Shown here: one piece after another, positions 35,676 to 46,722 of the stretch
Numbering within the stretch: position 1 is the first letter of the stretch
Layout: each line of letters starts with the position of its first letter
IMG/VR virus record: IMGVR_UViG_3300028840_008185
Span: 248,001 to 312,000 of that record
Length of the DNA stretch: 64,000 nucleotides
Strand: one strand, 5' to 3'
Position numbers and translations under genes: made by a program
Notes under the pieces: generated by a model
Told to the model about the DNA's origin: nothing
The model's input: only the letters and a program-made list of their open reading frames with translations
Databases searched by the model: none

Positions 35676-37313
35676 TTATTTGTTTTCGACACTTGATGCT
35701 CGTGACTTTTTCTTTTTACGAGTTCTTGCCTTTTGCTGTCGTCCCTGCTTCGTTCTGTCTTCTACAGTCTTCACAATGCTATTCAAAGTTTTATACCAAT
35801 CATTAATAGCCTCAGTCAAATCCTCAATCGCGCCCACGGCATTATCAAGGCTGGGCTCATTAATTTCCAGAGATTCCAGTGCTGCCTTTAGCCTTTTGTC
35901 TTTCTTCATATTATCTACAGCATCGGCATCTAGCAACCCTATCAAAGCGTCCACATCAATCACAAAAAGGGCCGATATAACGGCCAGAACATCTGGGATC
36001 GAAAGACCGGTGAACTCACCGGTCATTGTGTCTATCTCGACGCGCAGCTTCTCAATCGCCCCGACCTGTTTCTTAATGAACTCCTCCTCTCTGCTTACTG
36101 CTTTTCGCAATTGCTCAGAATTAAAAGTGATCAGCTTGCTGAACTGATCGGTAAGCGCAGAAAAAGAGGTATTCTTCGTGTTGGCGGTCTTGGCATTGGT
36201 TTTGAGCAGCGTATCTTCAGTGGGCAACAAGGAAAGCAATATTTCTTCCCTGGCCAATTTATTCTGGAGATCCTTAAGTTTTCTTATGGCATTGGAATCA
36301 GATTCAAAATCAGCCTCAATCCGCTTGCCAAAAGGGCTTGCCCTTGAGGAAGAGGTCTTTATTGAGACTTTAAAATCCACCGACTTTGTAACAACCTCTT
36401 GTTTTTTCTTAATTTCCTTCCATTTTATTGCGAGCTGATAAAAAGCAGCAAGTAGCTTGTCTATTATAAAATACTCTAGCAACCCGGCTTTCAAATTATT
36501 AAAGGACTCTATGTTTTCAGCACTCGTGACTGTTTCAACAGAATTCTGAAACTCTTGGTTTTTGGCCTGATCCGCAGCGGACTCAGCATTCGCAGCTGAT
36601 ATTAGTCGTATCCTCACCACCGTTTCTATAAATGGGAGTTTGAGAGTTGTTTGACTATCAACCTTTTTATCATTTTCTTCTAGAGTAAAAGGTCTCGCAA
36701 CTTCATTTCTCACAGGTAATATCACCTTATAAGAAGTCACAGGAGGTAGAAGTTTTTTAAAAGCCTGCCGCTTAAAATTGGTGTTTCCTACGGTTACAGG
36801 ACCATATCTTTTGCTGTTCTTTTCAGAAACATTTGCGATCAAAGGAAGCGCATCTTTGAGGGCTTTAGTCATATTATCATTACTATCTTCTGTGCCTACT
36901 GAGCTTTCTATTATAGATAATTCGCCTTCTCTTATGTTTAAGATAGTGCTTATTTTTCTGTTATTGCCCTCAACCTTTATCTCCGTTTCAGAATTTTTGA
37001 TCTTTTTGCCACTAAACTTACCTCCAAAGAATCCTGGGCTCAAAACCCTAGCGGCGCTCGCGCCTTCGTTGTTGGCCACTTTCTCCCCATCTTTTTTGTT
37101 CTCATCCTCTATTGTCACCAACATAGGAAGACCCACAAGCCTATAAAAAGCATTAAGACGCGACTCAGAGGGAACTTTAAGCCCCTCCTTTGTCTTATCA
37201 TCTGGAATGCGCTCATAGGCACGAATCTGATCTACTTCCGCCAACATATCTTTGGCGAACTTTATTACATCAAATTTATCTAAAGCATTAGCATCAGGAG
37301 TATTAGAACCCAT
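35676..37313 (-). CDS. Hypothetical helical protein in the baseplate cluster
   Basis: 545-aa ORF tightly packed in the operon; coiled-coil-like segments and a very basic C-terminus; no recognised motif. Confidence 0.6.
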   Translation of the reverse strand: MGSNTPDANALDKFDVIKFAKDMLAEVDQIRAYERIPDDKTKEGLKVPSESRLNAFYRLVGLPMLVTIEDENKKDGEKVANNEGASAARVLSPGFFGGKFSGKKIKNSETEIKVEGNNRKISTILNIREGELSIIESSVGTEDSNDNMTKALKDALPLIANVSEKNSKRYGPVTVGNTNFKRQAFKKLLPPVTSYKVILPVRNEVARPFTLEENDKKVDSQTTLKLPFIETVVRIRLISAANAESAADQAKNQEFQNSVETVTSAENIESFNNLKAGLLEYFIIDKLLAAFYQLAIKWKEIKKKQEVVTKSVDFKVSIKTSSSRASPFGKRIEADFESDSNAIRKLKDLQNKLAREEILLSLLPTEDTLLKTNAKTANTKNTSFSALTDQFSKLITFNSEQLRKAVSREEEFIKKQVGAIEKLRVEIDTMTGEFTGLSIPDVLAVISALFVIDVDALIGLLDADAVDNMKKDKRLKAALESLEINEPSLDNAVGAIEDLTEAINDWYKTLNSIVKTVEDRTKQGRQQKARTRKKKKSRASSVENK

Positions 37314-37316
37314 TTT

Positions 37317-39371
37317 TTATTCTCCCGCTGATGAGCCAACACCAAGTGGCTCTGGAATTCCGTCGCCAGGACGACGCTCTAGCGCGGATGGCAAAATAAA
37401 CTCGACAGTTACATAGCGAGTGCTGAAATTATATCCATCAAAGTCACTTACTTCATATCCATCTAAATCTGCTGAAATGTTAATTACGAGCGGCACATCG
37501 CTAGTTAGTGTCGCCGTATATTCTCCAGTTGGGGCTCCATATTCATCCAAAACTTCTGTGGTGGAAGAAATAGTGCCGCCATCAGCAGATATTTGTGCAT
37601 TTAAGGTTCCTGCTGGAAGCCTCAGACCCATTATTCCGCCCTGCAAATCGATTGGCGTGAAATAACCATCTATCTCTCCACCAACGATCTGGAAAAGCGG
37701 GTCGGCGCTCAACAGCGACTCCTCCTTGTCCATAATTGGAGGATAGATCTCATTGACATAATCAATCATATCGTCTTCGAAAGATTGAATGGCGTTTGTT
37801 ATACAGGCAGCAACGCCAGGGGCTGCTTGGGCCATGGCGTCGTAATTATCCAAAACATATTGAGGATCCACTGTAATTGGTGCCAGCTGGGCCAAACAGG
37901 CATTGGTCTGGTTGATGACTGTATTTATATCCGGCAGTGGCGGCAAACTTGCTGGCAGTGTAAACTTCGCATTTGTCGAATCTCTTGAAGCACTAACAGC
38001 TGGATGGCATCCGACGCCAATCAAACCATACTTAAGGAGTTCCTCATGATTGATGTCCAGACTAAAGAAATATCCGCTTCCCGCTATGGAAGAGGAAAAA
38101 TAATTAGCTTGTCTCCACTCTATATATGCTGCCGGATCTGATCCGCCTGGATATGTCCAAATAGTGCTGCCATCATTAAGCCTAACATTATAGCCATCAT
38201 AGACCTGTTGAATTCTATACGTTCCGCTTTGGGCAGTATTAAAACTATCCACTATTTCCAAGTATCTTCCAACCCAGCTACTGTCAAAAGTGTCTGTATC
38301 CGTTCCAAACCTAATGTCTTGGTTGCTTACGAGTGCCACACCACCCACTAAGTTGGAAAGGTAGCCATCAGAAAGAAACTCTCTTTGTAGTGCCTCTATT
38401 TCTAAACTTCCATTGCTCCTAACAGATGTAACCACATACGATTCATCATTTACAACACTAGGAGGAGTGCCAGTAACCTGATAGGCATCCAAAACATAAG
38501 CTATTTTATCCCTGTCCGTAATGGAACTATAATCAACGCCCGGAGGAAAGAAATCTCTAATAGTTAAAAAGTCATTTCTACGAGCTGTTGAAGAGAACCT
38601 AAGTTCAAAATCAAGTGGCCCTGTTCCTGTGGTAAAAAAGGTTAATACGCCATCGCTTCCGTCGAGACTTCTTTGTTTTATTGCTGCTGGGCATTGATCA
38701 TCACCACAGCCAAAACAGGCACCCCCAGCACCACCACAAGGAAGGCTGAAATCCTTAAGCAACTCCAATAGCGCCTTAATCATTATAAATAAGGCGGCTA
38801 GAGCGGATAAAATACCAATAACATTATACAATTCTTTCATAAGGCCAGCTATTTTAAAAGCAAGGGCAGCTTGGGCGTCAGCATTTCCACTATCAAAGGC
38901 ATCCACGATTATCGACAAATTCTCTATAATATCAAGCAAAAGTGGAAGCAGAACCTCTAGTATATACTCCACAATTGCTAGAATAATCTTGAGCAGGCAA
39001 ACTATAATTGCTGGAACAGCAAGTTGCGGAAATAAAAGGATAAAATCTGGAAGACAGGTCCCAAATAATCTAATTAGCGCCGGAATGAGAAGAAAGGGGT
39101 TGTTAATGGAGCAAAGAACCTCTATAATACACCCAATCATCTTGAGTATCGTAATAATCATGCTGTAGGCTGATGTAAATGATGACAAAAGCCTCGATTG
39201 GTCAGCAATTACGTCGCCTATGTTCACAGTAGCGCTTGGGAGCGGCGACGGTTTTATTTTAGCCCCGCCGGGACAAGTGCATTCAAGTTTATCAACCCAC
39301 TCTGCATAGGTATTTTTAATCATGCCTTCATCTGGCAATGGAAATTGTTCTGGTTGATCTTGTGATGTCAT
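37317..39371 (-). CDS. Baseplate-cluster protein with hydrophobic helical N-terminus and C-terminal invasin/Ig-like domain
   Basis: Residues ~60-205 contain several long apolar helices flanked by Cys clusters; C-terminal SLLSADP...D.QG...GTISST...TGEYTATLTS resembles bacterial Ig/invasin domains. Confidence 0.6.
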   Translation of the reverse strand: MTSQDQPEQFPLPDEGMIKNTYAEWVDKLECTCPGGAKIKPSPLPSATVNIGDVIADQSRLLSSFTSAYSMIITILKMIGCIIEVLCSINNPFLLIPALIRLFGTCLPDFILLFPQLAVPAIIVCLLKIILAIVEYILEVLLPLLLDIIENLSIIVDAFDSGNADAQAALAFKIAGLMKELYNVIGILSALAALFIMIKALLELLKDFSLPCGGAGGACFGCGDDQCPAAIKQRSLDGSDGVLTFFTTGTGPLDFELRFSSTARRNDFLTIRDFFPPGVDYSSITDRDKIAYVLDAYQVTGTPPSVVNDESYVVTSVRSNGSLEIEALQREFLSDGYLSNLVGGVALVSNQDIRFGTDTDTFDSSWVGRYLEIVDSFNTAQSGTYRIQQVYDGYNVRLNDGSTIWTYPGGSDPAAYIEWRQANYFSSSIAGSGYFFSLDINHEELLKYGLIGVGCHPAVSASRDSTNAKFTLPASLPPLPDINTVINQTNACLAQLAPITVDPQYVLDNYDAMAQAAPGVAACITNAIQSFEDDMIDYVNEIYPPIMDKEESLLSADPLFQIVGGEIDGYFTPIDLQGGIMGLRLPAGTLNAQISADGGTISSTTEVLDEYGAPTGEYTATLTSDVPLVINISADLDGYEVSDFDGYNFSTRYVTVEFILPSALERRPGDGIPEPLGVGSSAGE

Positions 39372-39380
39372 CCTGTCTCC

Positions 39381-41954
39381 TTAAAGAACTACTCTTCCAC
39401 TTCTACTTAAAAATCTGGGATTATCTTCAAAAAATTGTATAGTTTCGCCATTTAATATAATCCTGGGAGCCTTAAATACCATATCTTGGTCGCTTACAAG
39501 ATTAAGCCTTGAGGCAGTTTTTATAGTTAATCCGGTTTCATCAATTACAAGAAACGTATCGTCCCCGTCCTCGTCTGGTCCATCCCTATCTTCATTTGCT
39601 CTTCTCACTCTTATGATTATTTTACCGCTTCTGAACTGCCTTTGATCTTTTGGAAGCGATACTGGACGCCCTTCTCCACGTCCAACAAATCTGGTGTCTG
39701 TTTCATCTCTGGCGCTCTCTCCCACATAATCAAAGCCGCCCACTTCTATGGCAATGTCTCCATCAGCATGAATTATAGCGCTTCTGCCAAATCTATCGCG
39801 CCCAAGGCGACTAACAACTGCTCCAGCTGTGTCTATAACCCAAGAAACCCTGTCTATGGTGTTGGCCCCAATCGACATTTCTAAGCTTCCATCAAGATTA
39901 AGTTGGGCACTGCGCCCACCTGCATTTGGCTGTCCCTCAATCAAGCCAGTGAGTTCTTTATCTCTGACTGCTGCCGTTGTTCTAAGCGGGCTCACTTCGC
40001 TCGCTATGGCTGTTGGCCCAGCCTCTTGTGGTCTTATGGAAAACGAAATGCCTAGATTAGATTCTTCTGCATTATAAGAATTACCAGAGCCCCGTGGGCC
40101 CTTTTCAAGCAGCAATGTCGTGTCGTCTTGAATGGTTTTTACGTATACAAAAGGGGCAATCTTAGTGTTATAACCATCATCAGTATCGTCTAGTATCACA
40201 AATCTATCACCGACGGCAACTTCATCATCTTCAATAAACTTTGAAGAACTGGAAATGAATGTGTTGCTGCCTTTTGTGGTTCTACCGTCAAAACCACTTA
40301 CGGTGGCGTTCCACTTGTCATCAAGGAATACAGTGGAGGCTCGCTTATTAACTATGTCCTCTTCCAAAAGTGTTTTGGCAGTATTCACTATGTTGTGAAA
40401 TGCAGTGCCTGCTTCAATAAACTTTTCGAATCGAACTTGTTCGACATCTTCTCCATCTGAGCTTTCTTGCCAATTTCCTTGTTTTTTGCTAAGCCTATTC
40501 TCTACTTGTTGTGGAGAAGGTCCCTTGATTGTAATACCACCGGGACCAACCTGCTCATGAAAAATATCCTTGTTCTTATCATTTCTGAAGAGAAATCGAG
40601 TATCGTCTCTAGCGCGTCCGTCTTCAGATTTTATCCTGCCCTCATCGTTTACATCCAATACACTTGAGGTTTCTTGTCTGGTAAGCAGTGGTATGTTTCC
40701 TGTCTCGGAAGTCGCCGGAATGTTAATTGTCGTCAAACCCTCTTTATCTACTCTCATAGCCCAACGGCTTCTGTCCCTAGCATTATTGGCGAACACTTTT
40801 ATCTTGGGCGCAGATCTTAATAAGTCAGGTTTAACTTTCACTTCCTCATTATATCTCCAGCCCTTTCTGGTGTTTATTTCCATATGATACGCGACACTTC
40901 TGCGCGTATTTTCCATGATATTTTCCAATAGCACTCTTGAAGTGGTGCCCTTTGGAACGGGTATAACGTTCTTGTTTATATCCAAAACATTACCAAAAAC
41001 ATCTACGAGCGTGCCGGTCACATTCTCCATAAGCTCATTTGGATGAGTAAGCGACAGGCTCAGCACATTACTTCTTCTCTGCCTGCGCTCACTTAAATCT
41101 ACAAGCGGCTTGTTTTTGTCGGTCTCAAGTCTGTCCAGTTCCTCTGTATAATCTTCTACATCCCAGAGCCTTCCATATTCAAGGATGGTCTCCCTCTTCT
41201 CAACGAACCCTGGGTTCCTTACTCTTTTATCTTCTCCAGAGTCGGTGCCACTAGCTGATGCTTCTCGGGAAAAATATACAACATCTCGGCTTGGATCCCA
41301 ACCCACTTCCTCTAGAACTGCCTCAGAATCCAAATCAATTAAGAAATCGGTGAAATCATCCTCTCCGTCCTCAACTCTTATATCCCTTCTGATGAGACCT
41401 TCAGCACTGATTCCTGTTTGAGATACGCTATATTCGACGGGAGTGGGTTGAAAAACCGAGGCTCTGGTTGAGTCGTCGGGATCTCCACTTATCGTGAAAC
41501 CCTCGCCAAGGCCGTTGTCCAAAATTACGAACCCATCACCATCCAATCTAAACTGTGCATTGTCTGCACTCTGCAAAACAACATCGCCATCATCCAGGAA
41601 CGGAAAGCCAGTATCATCAAATTGTGCTTCGTCCACTGAAGCCACATCACTAGAATACATACCAGGTAATGGAACAGTGGTGGCCATAACGTATCTTTCA
41701 TGGGAAGACATAGCTACGGCAACCACGGTGCCTGGGCGAATTCCCACATAAACACCCTCACCGGCTCTCCCGGCAAAAGGATGAGGAATGGGAATGTCAG
41801 GCCCAGACTGTCCTGCCTGATCCATCCACTCGGTAGAAACAATCCCTCTGCCGTAGTCCACTTCGCTAACGCGACATAAGCGAACTACATTTGAGACCAT
41901 CCTACTGGGGCCTGTGCCATTTGTGCCACCCAAATGAACGTCAATATTAACCAT
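39381..41954 (-). CDS. Central baseplate spike (gp5/gpV-like)
   Basis: N-terminal OB-fold-like RVSEVDYGRG...P.PG..VAV, C-terminal short beta-strand repeats (FLVIDETGLTIKTASRLNLVSDQDMVFKAPRIILNG); follows the hub gene. Start set to the ATG at 41954. Confidence 0.65.
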   Translation of the reverse strand: MVNIDVHLGGTNGTGPSRMVSNVVRLCRVSEVDYGRGIVSTEWMDQAGQSGPDIPIPHPFAGRAGEGVYVGIRPGTVVAVAMSSHERYVMATTVPLPGMYSSDVASVDEAQFDDTGFPFLDDGDVVLQSADNAQFRLDGDGFVILDNGLGEGFTISGDPDDSTRASVFQPTPVEYSVSQTGISAEGLIRRDIRVEDGEDDFTDFLIDLDSEAVLEEVGWDPSRDVVYFSREASASGTDSGEDKRVRNPGFVEKRETILEYGRLWDVEDYTEELDRLETDKNKPLVDLSERRQRRSNVLSLSLTHPNELMENVTGTLVDVFGNVLDINKNVIPVPKGTTSRVLLENIMENTRRSVAYHMEINTRKGWRYNEEVKVKPDLLRSAPKIKVFANNARDRSRWAMRVDKEGLTTINIPATSETGNIPLLTRQETSSVLDVNDEGRIKSEDGRARDDTRFLFRNDKNKDIFHEQVGPGGITIKGPSPQQVENRLSKKQGNWQESSDGEDVEQVRFEKFIEAGTAFHNIVNTAKTLLEEDIVNKRASTVFLDDKWNATVSGFDGRTTKGSNTFISSSSKFIEDDEVAVGDRFVILDDTDDGYNTKIAPFVYVKTIQDDTTLLLEKGPRGSGNSYNAEESNLGISFSIRPQEAGPTAIASEVSPLRTTAAVRDKELTGLIEGQPNAGGRSAQLNLDGSLEMSIGANTIDRVSWVIDTAGAVVSRLGRDRFGRSAIIHADGDIAIEVGGFDYVGESARDETDTRFVGRGEGRPVSLPKDQRQFRSGKIIIRVRRANEDRDGPDEDGDDTFLVIDETGLTIKTASRLNLVSDQDMVFKAPRIILNGETIQFFEDNPRFLSRSGRVVL

Positions 41955-41965
41955 TATTTTACACC

Positions 41966-44900
41966 TTAGCTCTCGTTTTCTTTTGGCCACCCGCCAACTG
42001 GCGGCTGCCTTAGTCTTATTTCTATTACATTTTGCAATGTTGAATCCAATAAGTGCGATTCTGGCCCGGCAACAATACCCTTACTAACCAAATCCCTTTC
42101 CGATTTGTTCAAATCCTTGAGATCTAGGCACTGACGAAGAGATAGAATTTTAACCACAGATGAACTAATTTGATATTTTGAAATATCGTTTGGGTCGTCA
42201 GAGGCTTGCGAAGACATAGCAGACGTGGCGCCACCAAGACCATCTTTGCCAATACCCCCACTGGCAGCTCCCGGTTTGGTCGGGCTATTAAACCAGTCTG
42301 TAATATTGCTGGCCCTAGTGCTTTGGGTCGAAGAATCACCTGCAAAATATATAACATATACTCTAGAACTGTTTTGTGCATCACTTGGATCTATATCGCT
42401 TTTGGCACTAACTGCTGCGTTCTTAAGCTGCTCAAAATTCCTGACCCCATGTGAGCCGCCAAACAAATCAGTATCGCCTTCCTCGAATTTTAGAGAGCCT
42501 AAATATGTATCTGCCCTGGCCGGCTCCCTTCTAATTCTATAGGCGCTTTGTTTGTTGCCCGAGTTGGTTAAAGCCTTTCCAATAATGTCCAGAGGAGTTG
42601 GAATATAATCTCCAGGCGGATGGCCGTATTTCAAAGTTAGAGTGGTTTTGAAATCACTTTCATATCCAATACTGTGCTGGATTCTTTCCACATAATATAG
42701 CATTTGTCTATGAGCTACATAAACAACATCACCCAATTGATAATACTCATTACCTATAACTGTAACACTTCCAGTCACAATATTTCTTCTTTGTCTGGAT
42801 AGAAGCATCACAGCATATGGGGCACATTGAAGCTCTGCACTTGAAAAGTATGGGATATGAAACTCCCTATCTGCTCGCCAGCCGTATTGCCTCCATAAAT
42901 CATAATCAGCACCCACGGCAACAAATTCTGGAACTCCAGCAAGATTTCCTGTGGCTCCCTCACCTATAAGTGGAAGTGTTCCTGTTACTTTAACGGTTGT
43001 TAGCTCTGGAGGTGTCTCTGTGAAGTTCGAAGTAAATATGTGCTCATCTTTGATGGTAAATCTATCCCCAGATAAATGACCGAGATAATCTCTTGTATCA
43101 TCCTCCACAAGCCTATTAAATATGTCAGAAGGGAGATTGCCTACACTTCCCAAAAGTCTTGGCTGTAGCCCGAATTTTCCATCTGAGCTGAGCTGCCCTA
43201 GTTCAACATTTTGCTCTAGGACTCTGCCCAAAGCTTTGAGAGATTTTGCTCTCTGGCTTACCAAAGCGGATATTTCAGAAATTTGGCTAGCTATATCGGT
43301 CGCGGGTGTTTTTTGGCCATTTTTGGAAGCCCCGACCTTCGCCTTTTCAAACTCTGGAAAGTCTCTTCTATTTTGACCTGTTAGATTCACAATTTGCTTC
43401 ACCGCATTGTCATAAGCGGTTTCATCTCCAATGTTCTTATTTGTTCCACCAGCTAACAAATTGTCCTGTAAATTCCTCTGCGCCTTGGATGAGAACAACC
43501 CTACCGAAGATTCGTCCAACTGAGTATTGATTTCTGCGCCAGCAACCAGAACCTGTAAGTTTAGGCGATCATCTGGCTCAAGCGCCGAACTTCCTTGTAT
43601 GGCTTCATTAATTTGTGAGCTTACTCCGCCAGCGTCGTTAGTTAAAAATGTAACTTGATTTCCAGTAGACCCTTCTAAAAGTTGCTCAACTTGCAATACG
43701 GTGCTCTTCCCCAAGAGAGCTGCTGCCTTTCTGATTCTCCATTCGTTGAGCACAACATCTCTTAACAATGCTGTCTCACGACTCTGAAACAAAGCGCTGA
43801 CGAACTTTGGAAGTAGGTCAATACCTCCCGCTTTCGATAGAGAAAGCATAGCATTCATAACCGAGGCTGGTGTTCTGTTGTATTGTGGCGGCCTAAACAC
43901 AATATGGCCCTGAGTATCACAATAAAGCTCAAAGTTTAGGTTCTGGGCCACTGTTTGGCAAAGTTCCCAGACAGGAAGCCAGGATTTACCCCAAATATCA
44001 GGAGATTGCTGCATCATATTAAGAACAAAGGCTTGAATATCGTAATCTTTGTCGTATTCGTCAGAAACTATGAAATAATTGAGATCTCTGTTGGCTACTA
44101 CATCCTCTCTTCTTCTAAGAGTTGAATGCGTCAGCCTATCACCAAATACTTGAAAATCATCTTCTTTTGAGAGACTTGTTATATCAAAAGATATATCATT
44201 ACCAGCTACTTGTATGATGTTAGTAGACAACTCGCTGGCGTCTTTTTGAAGTGCAGAAATTTTGCTCTCTGCCGTGCTTATTTTATCACCCAGCGCCTTG
44301 TTCTTTTTCTCCAGGGCGGCTTTCAGATTTTTATCAACAACGCTTGGTGAAGAGTTGTTTATTTTGTCAAACAAACTTGCCCTTTGGTTTCTAAGCTGAG
44401 TTAATTCAGAAGACTTACCAGAGAGTTGATACTGAATCCTAATAGCTTGTGCCAATTCAGCTGGACTCACTGTGATGCGTTTGAAGGGTGTGAAATTTCC
44501 TGTAGTTCTGATAAAGCTGCGCTGCACATCTAATAGCGAATGGAAATAATCCCGTCCACTATTTATTGTGGTGTCTGGCCTATAAGCTCCAGTATTGCTG
44601 GCTGTTTGCACAAAAGTGCTGAAGTTGTAAGGGAATCCTGTAATTAATATGCTTAAGACATTCGCGGCGTCCAAACTTTCAAATGGTTTATTAGAAGCAA
44701 AAAACCCTATTTCTCTGGTAAGTTGTCTCACGTTCACGTTGCCCTTATTTAGTGGATCGCCAAAGGACATGTTATACACGCCGGTCATTATGCCATCTTT
44801 CCATTTATACAAAAGGCCAGGAGCGTGTTGATACTTGTTTATTGTGGTTCCACCCATCAATTGTATGTCTTGCTTCATAGCATCAATATTCTCAAAGGGA

Positions 44901-46720
44901 GATCCTACTTTTGGCCCTGAATTAAAATACAACTTGCAGTCGCCGCCAGATAGTTTGTTCTTATTCGCAGTGCTTAGATCTGGAATTCCAGTGGGCAACC
45001 CAGTAGCATCATCGGTCTTGAAATCAAATGGCGTTAGCGGATCGAAGATAAACCCAAGTGGGTTCTGCTCCAAAGAAGGCTCCTGGTTGAATCTCGTAAG
45101 TTTAAGCCACTCAAGGTTAGAACTGCAATTAACGCTTAGTGTGAACTTGCCGCTGCTTGCGTCAAAGTTGTCGCTCACGCTTTTGATGAGACCGCCAAAT
45201 ACGTGAGTTGCATTGTCGGTGGAGAACTGCATGGTTCTCAGTTTCTTGAAATCTTCAAACCTAAGATGCTGCCCCTCTCTTTTCCACTCCTCTTTAATCA
45301 ATGCTTCGTCTGGTCTATTACCCCTCTCGCTTAGGCCAAGCAATCTACCAATATCTTTGGGAAAGTCTTTAAGCTGATCGTATTCTGGATCCTCTCCCTC
45401 GCCGCTTTTCCTTGTGCCACCACACAAAAACACATTTATGCTATCCATTGGTTGGATTATTGATTTGCCCAGATGAAACTTGCGCATTACTTTTCTTGCA
45501 TATTGCATCTGGCTCGCAAGCTCGCCCTTGGTATTCATATTGGAGAATCCACCCAACAAGTTCTTTTGCATAGCGGCCCCATAGGTTTGCAGGCTACTCA
45601 AAACAGATTTGAACAAGGCCTCTTCATTGTCATCCAGATCCTGGCCATCAGGAACGTCATCCAAATTTTCTTCGTTAATCTCAAGACCTATGGCGTCTAT
45701 GATGGCCGTTACGCCGCTGCTTCCGCCCACACCAAGCGTAAAGCTAATCTCACTTCTGCCCCGACTAAGCCTGGCTTGAGACAGCCGTTGATCGTTCTTC
45801 TGAGCAGTAGACAGGGCCAAGGAAGCAGCAGAACTCAAAGCATCGACAAGACCAGACAGAGCCGTATCTCTAAGTGACGCCTCAATATCTTCCTCGGTTA
45901 CTATTAGAATTCTATAAGGATCTTCGATGTTGAAATTGCAAGTTCCATCCCCACTCAGGCTTAGATCTGTGCTCAAAGAGCTGATGGCCGTAATCTCAAA
46001 CACTCCTTGACCAATCCCAAGCTCTTCCAAAATCGGTAGTGAGGGATCTGAAAAGTAGGTAGTAACTTTGACTGGCTGCCTGTCTCTAAGCGCCTTTTCA
46101 AAAGCTGCTGCCTGGGTAAAAGCATCAACGAATTCTCCTTCTGCTCCTGTGCCTCCACTTAAAATTCCATCTTCGGCAGCGTTAGTTATTAGGCTACTAA
46201 GAATTGCCGCTGGGCTCGCTCCCAACTGGGCAAGCCTGTCTATTTTTGTAAGCCTCTCATAGTCGGCCATAACCGCACATTTGCGTGCAAGCAGCCGCTT
46301 GGTGGCTCTAAAGAGCCATTTTTCAGCGGGATCCATCCACTTAGGATCATATAAGTGTTGCAACGAAGAGAAAGTTCTTTTCTTTATTAGGACAGTAATG
46401 TTCGGTGTTTGTGTGTAGATTTGACGAACGTTGGCCTCTTCAAGTGGGGGGACTTTACCACCTTGTATGCCGCCACCTATGATTGTCCGCTTGCCGCTCT
46501 CGACGTAGTTTGGATCAAACTTGGAACCTGAAGACCTTCCCAAAACACTATTCAACACATCATTCATTTTTCCTTGCAAGGCTTTTATGTCAGAAGTGAT
46601 TTTGCTGGTTCCACCTGGTTGTGGAAAGCCCGGAATACCGAGAGCATCGCCAAACTCACCGAGGATGCTTTGCGTAGTTGGATTGGATAGGTCAGCTTGC
46701 GTGGATAAAATAATCGCCAT
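41966..46720 (-). CDS. Large baseplate hub protein (gp27/gpD-like)
   Basis: VFGGLIKSVSDNF, FELYCDTQGHIVFRPP, YGWR and GSVTVIGN....LGDVV...YYVERIQHS....FKTTLTL are hub-type motifs; lies between the tube initiator and spike genes. Confidence 0.72.
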   Translation of the reverse strand: MAIILSTQADLSNPTTQSILGEFGDALGIPGFPQPGGTSKITSDIKALQGKMNDVLNSVLGRSSGSKFDPNYVESGKRTIIGGGIQGGKVPPLEEANVRQIYTQTPNITVLIKKRTFSSLQHLYDPKWMDPAEKWLFRATKRLLARKCAVMADYERLTKIDRLAQLGASPAAILSSLITNAAEDGILSGGTGAEGEFVDAFTQAAAFEKALRDRQPVKVTTYFSDPSLPILEELGIGQGVFEITAISSLSTDLSLSGDGTCNFNIEDPYRILIVTEEDIEASLRDTALSGLVDALSSAASLALSTAQKNDQRLSQARLSRGRSEISFTLGVGGSSGVTAIIDAIGLEINEENLDDVPDGQDLDDNEEALFKSVLSSLQTYGAAMQKNLLGGFSNMNTKGELASQMQYARKVMRKFHLGKSIIQPMDSINVFLCGGTRKSGEGEDPEYDQLKDFPKDIGRLLGLSERGNRPDEALIKEEWKREGQHLRFEDFKKLRTMQFSTDNATHVFGGLIKSVSDNFDASSGKFTLSVNCSSNLEWLKLTRFNQEPSLEQNPLGFIFDPLTPFDFKTDDATGLPTGIPDLSTANKNKLSGGDCKLYFNSGPKVGSPFENIDAMKQDIQLMGGTTINKYQHAPGLLYKWKDGIMTGVYNMSFGDPLNKGNVNVRQLTREIGFFASNKPFESLDAANVLSILITGFPYNFSTFVQTASNTGAYRPDTTINSGRDYFHSLLDVQRSFIRTTGNFTPFKRITVSPAELAQAIRIQYQLSGKSSELTQLRNQRASLFDKINNSSPSVVDKNLKAALEKKNKALGDKISTAESKISALQKDASELSTNIIQVAGNDISFDITSLSKEDDFQVFGDRLTHSTLRRREDVVANRDLNYFIVSDEYDKDYDIQAFVLNMMQQSPDIWGKSWLPVWELCQTVAQNLNFELYCDTQGHIVFRPPQYNRTPASVMNAMLSLSKAGGIDLLPKFVSALFQSRETALLRDVVLNEWRIRKAAALLGKSTVLQVEQLLEGSTGNQVTFLTNDAGGVSSQINEAIQGSSALEPDDRLNLQVLVAGAEINTQLDESSVGLFSSKAQRNLQDNLLAGGTNKNIGDETAYDNAVKQIVNLTGQNRRDFPEFEKAKVGASKNGQKTPATDIASQISEISALVSQRAKSLKALGRVLEQNVELGQLSSDGKFGLQPRLLGSVGNLPSDIFNRLVEDDTRDYLGHLSGDRFTIKDEHIFTSNFTETPPELTTVKVTGTLPLIGEGATGNLAGVPEFVAVGADYDLWRQYGWRADREFHIPYFSSAELQCAPYAVMLLSRQRRNIVTGSVTVIGNEYYQLGDVVYVAHRQMLYYVERIQHSIGYESDFKTTLTLKYGHPPGDYIPTPLDIIGKALTNSGNKQSAYRIRREPARADTYLGSLKFEEGDTDLFGGSHGVRNFEQLKNAAVSAKSDIDPSDAQNSSRVYVIYFAGDSSTQSTRASNITDWFNSPTKPGAASGGIGKDGLGGATSAMSSQASDDPNDISKYQISSSVVKILSLRQCLDLKDLNKSERDLVSKGIVAGPESHLLDSTLQNVIEIRLRQPPVGGWPKENES

Positions 46721-46722
46721 TT

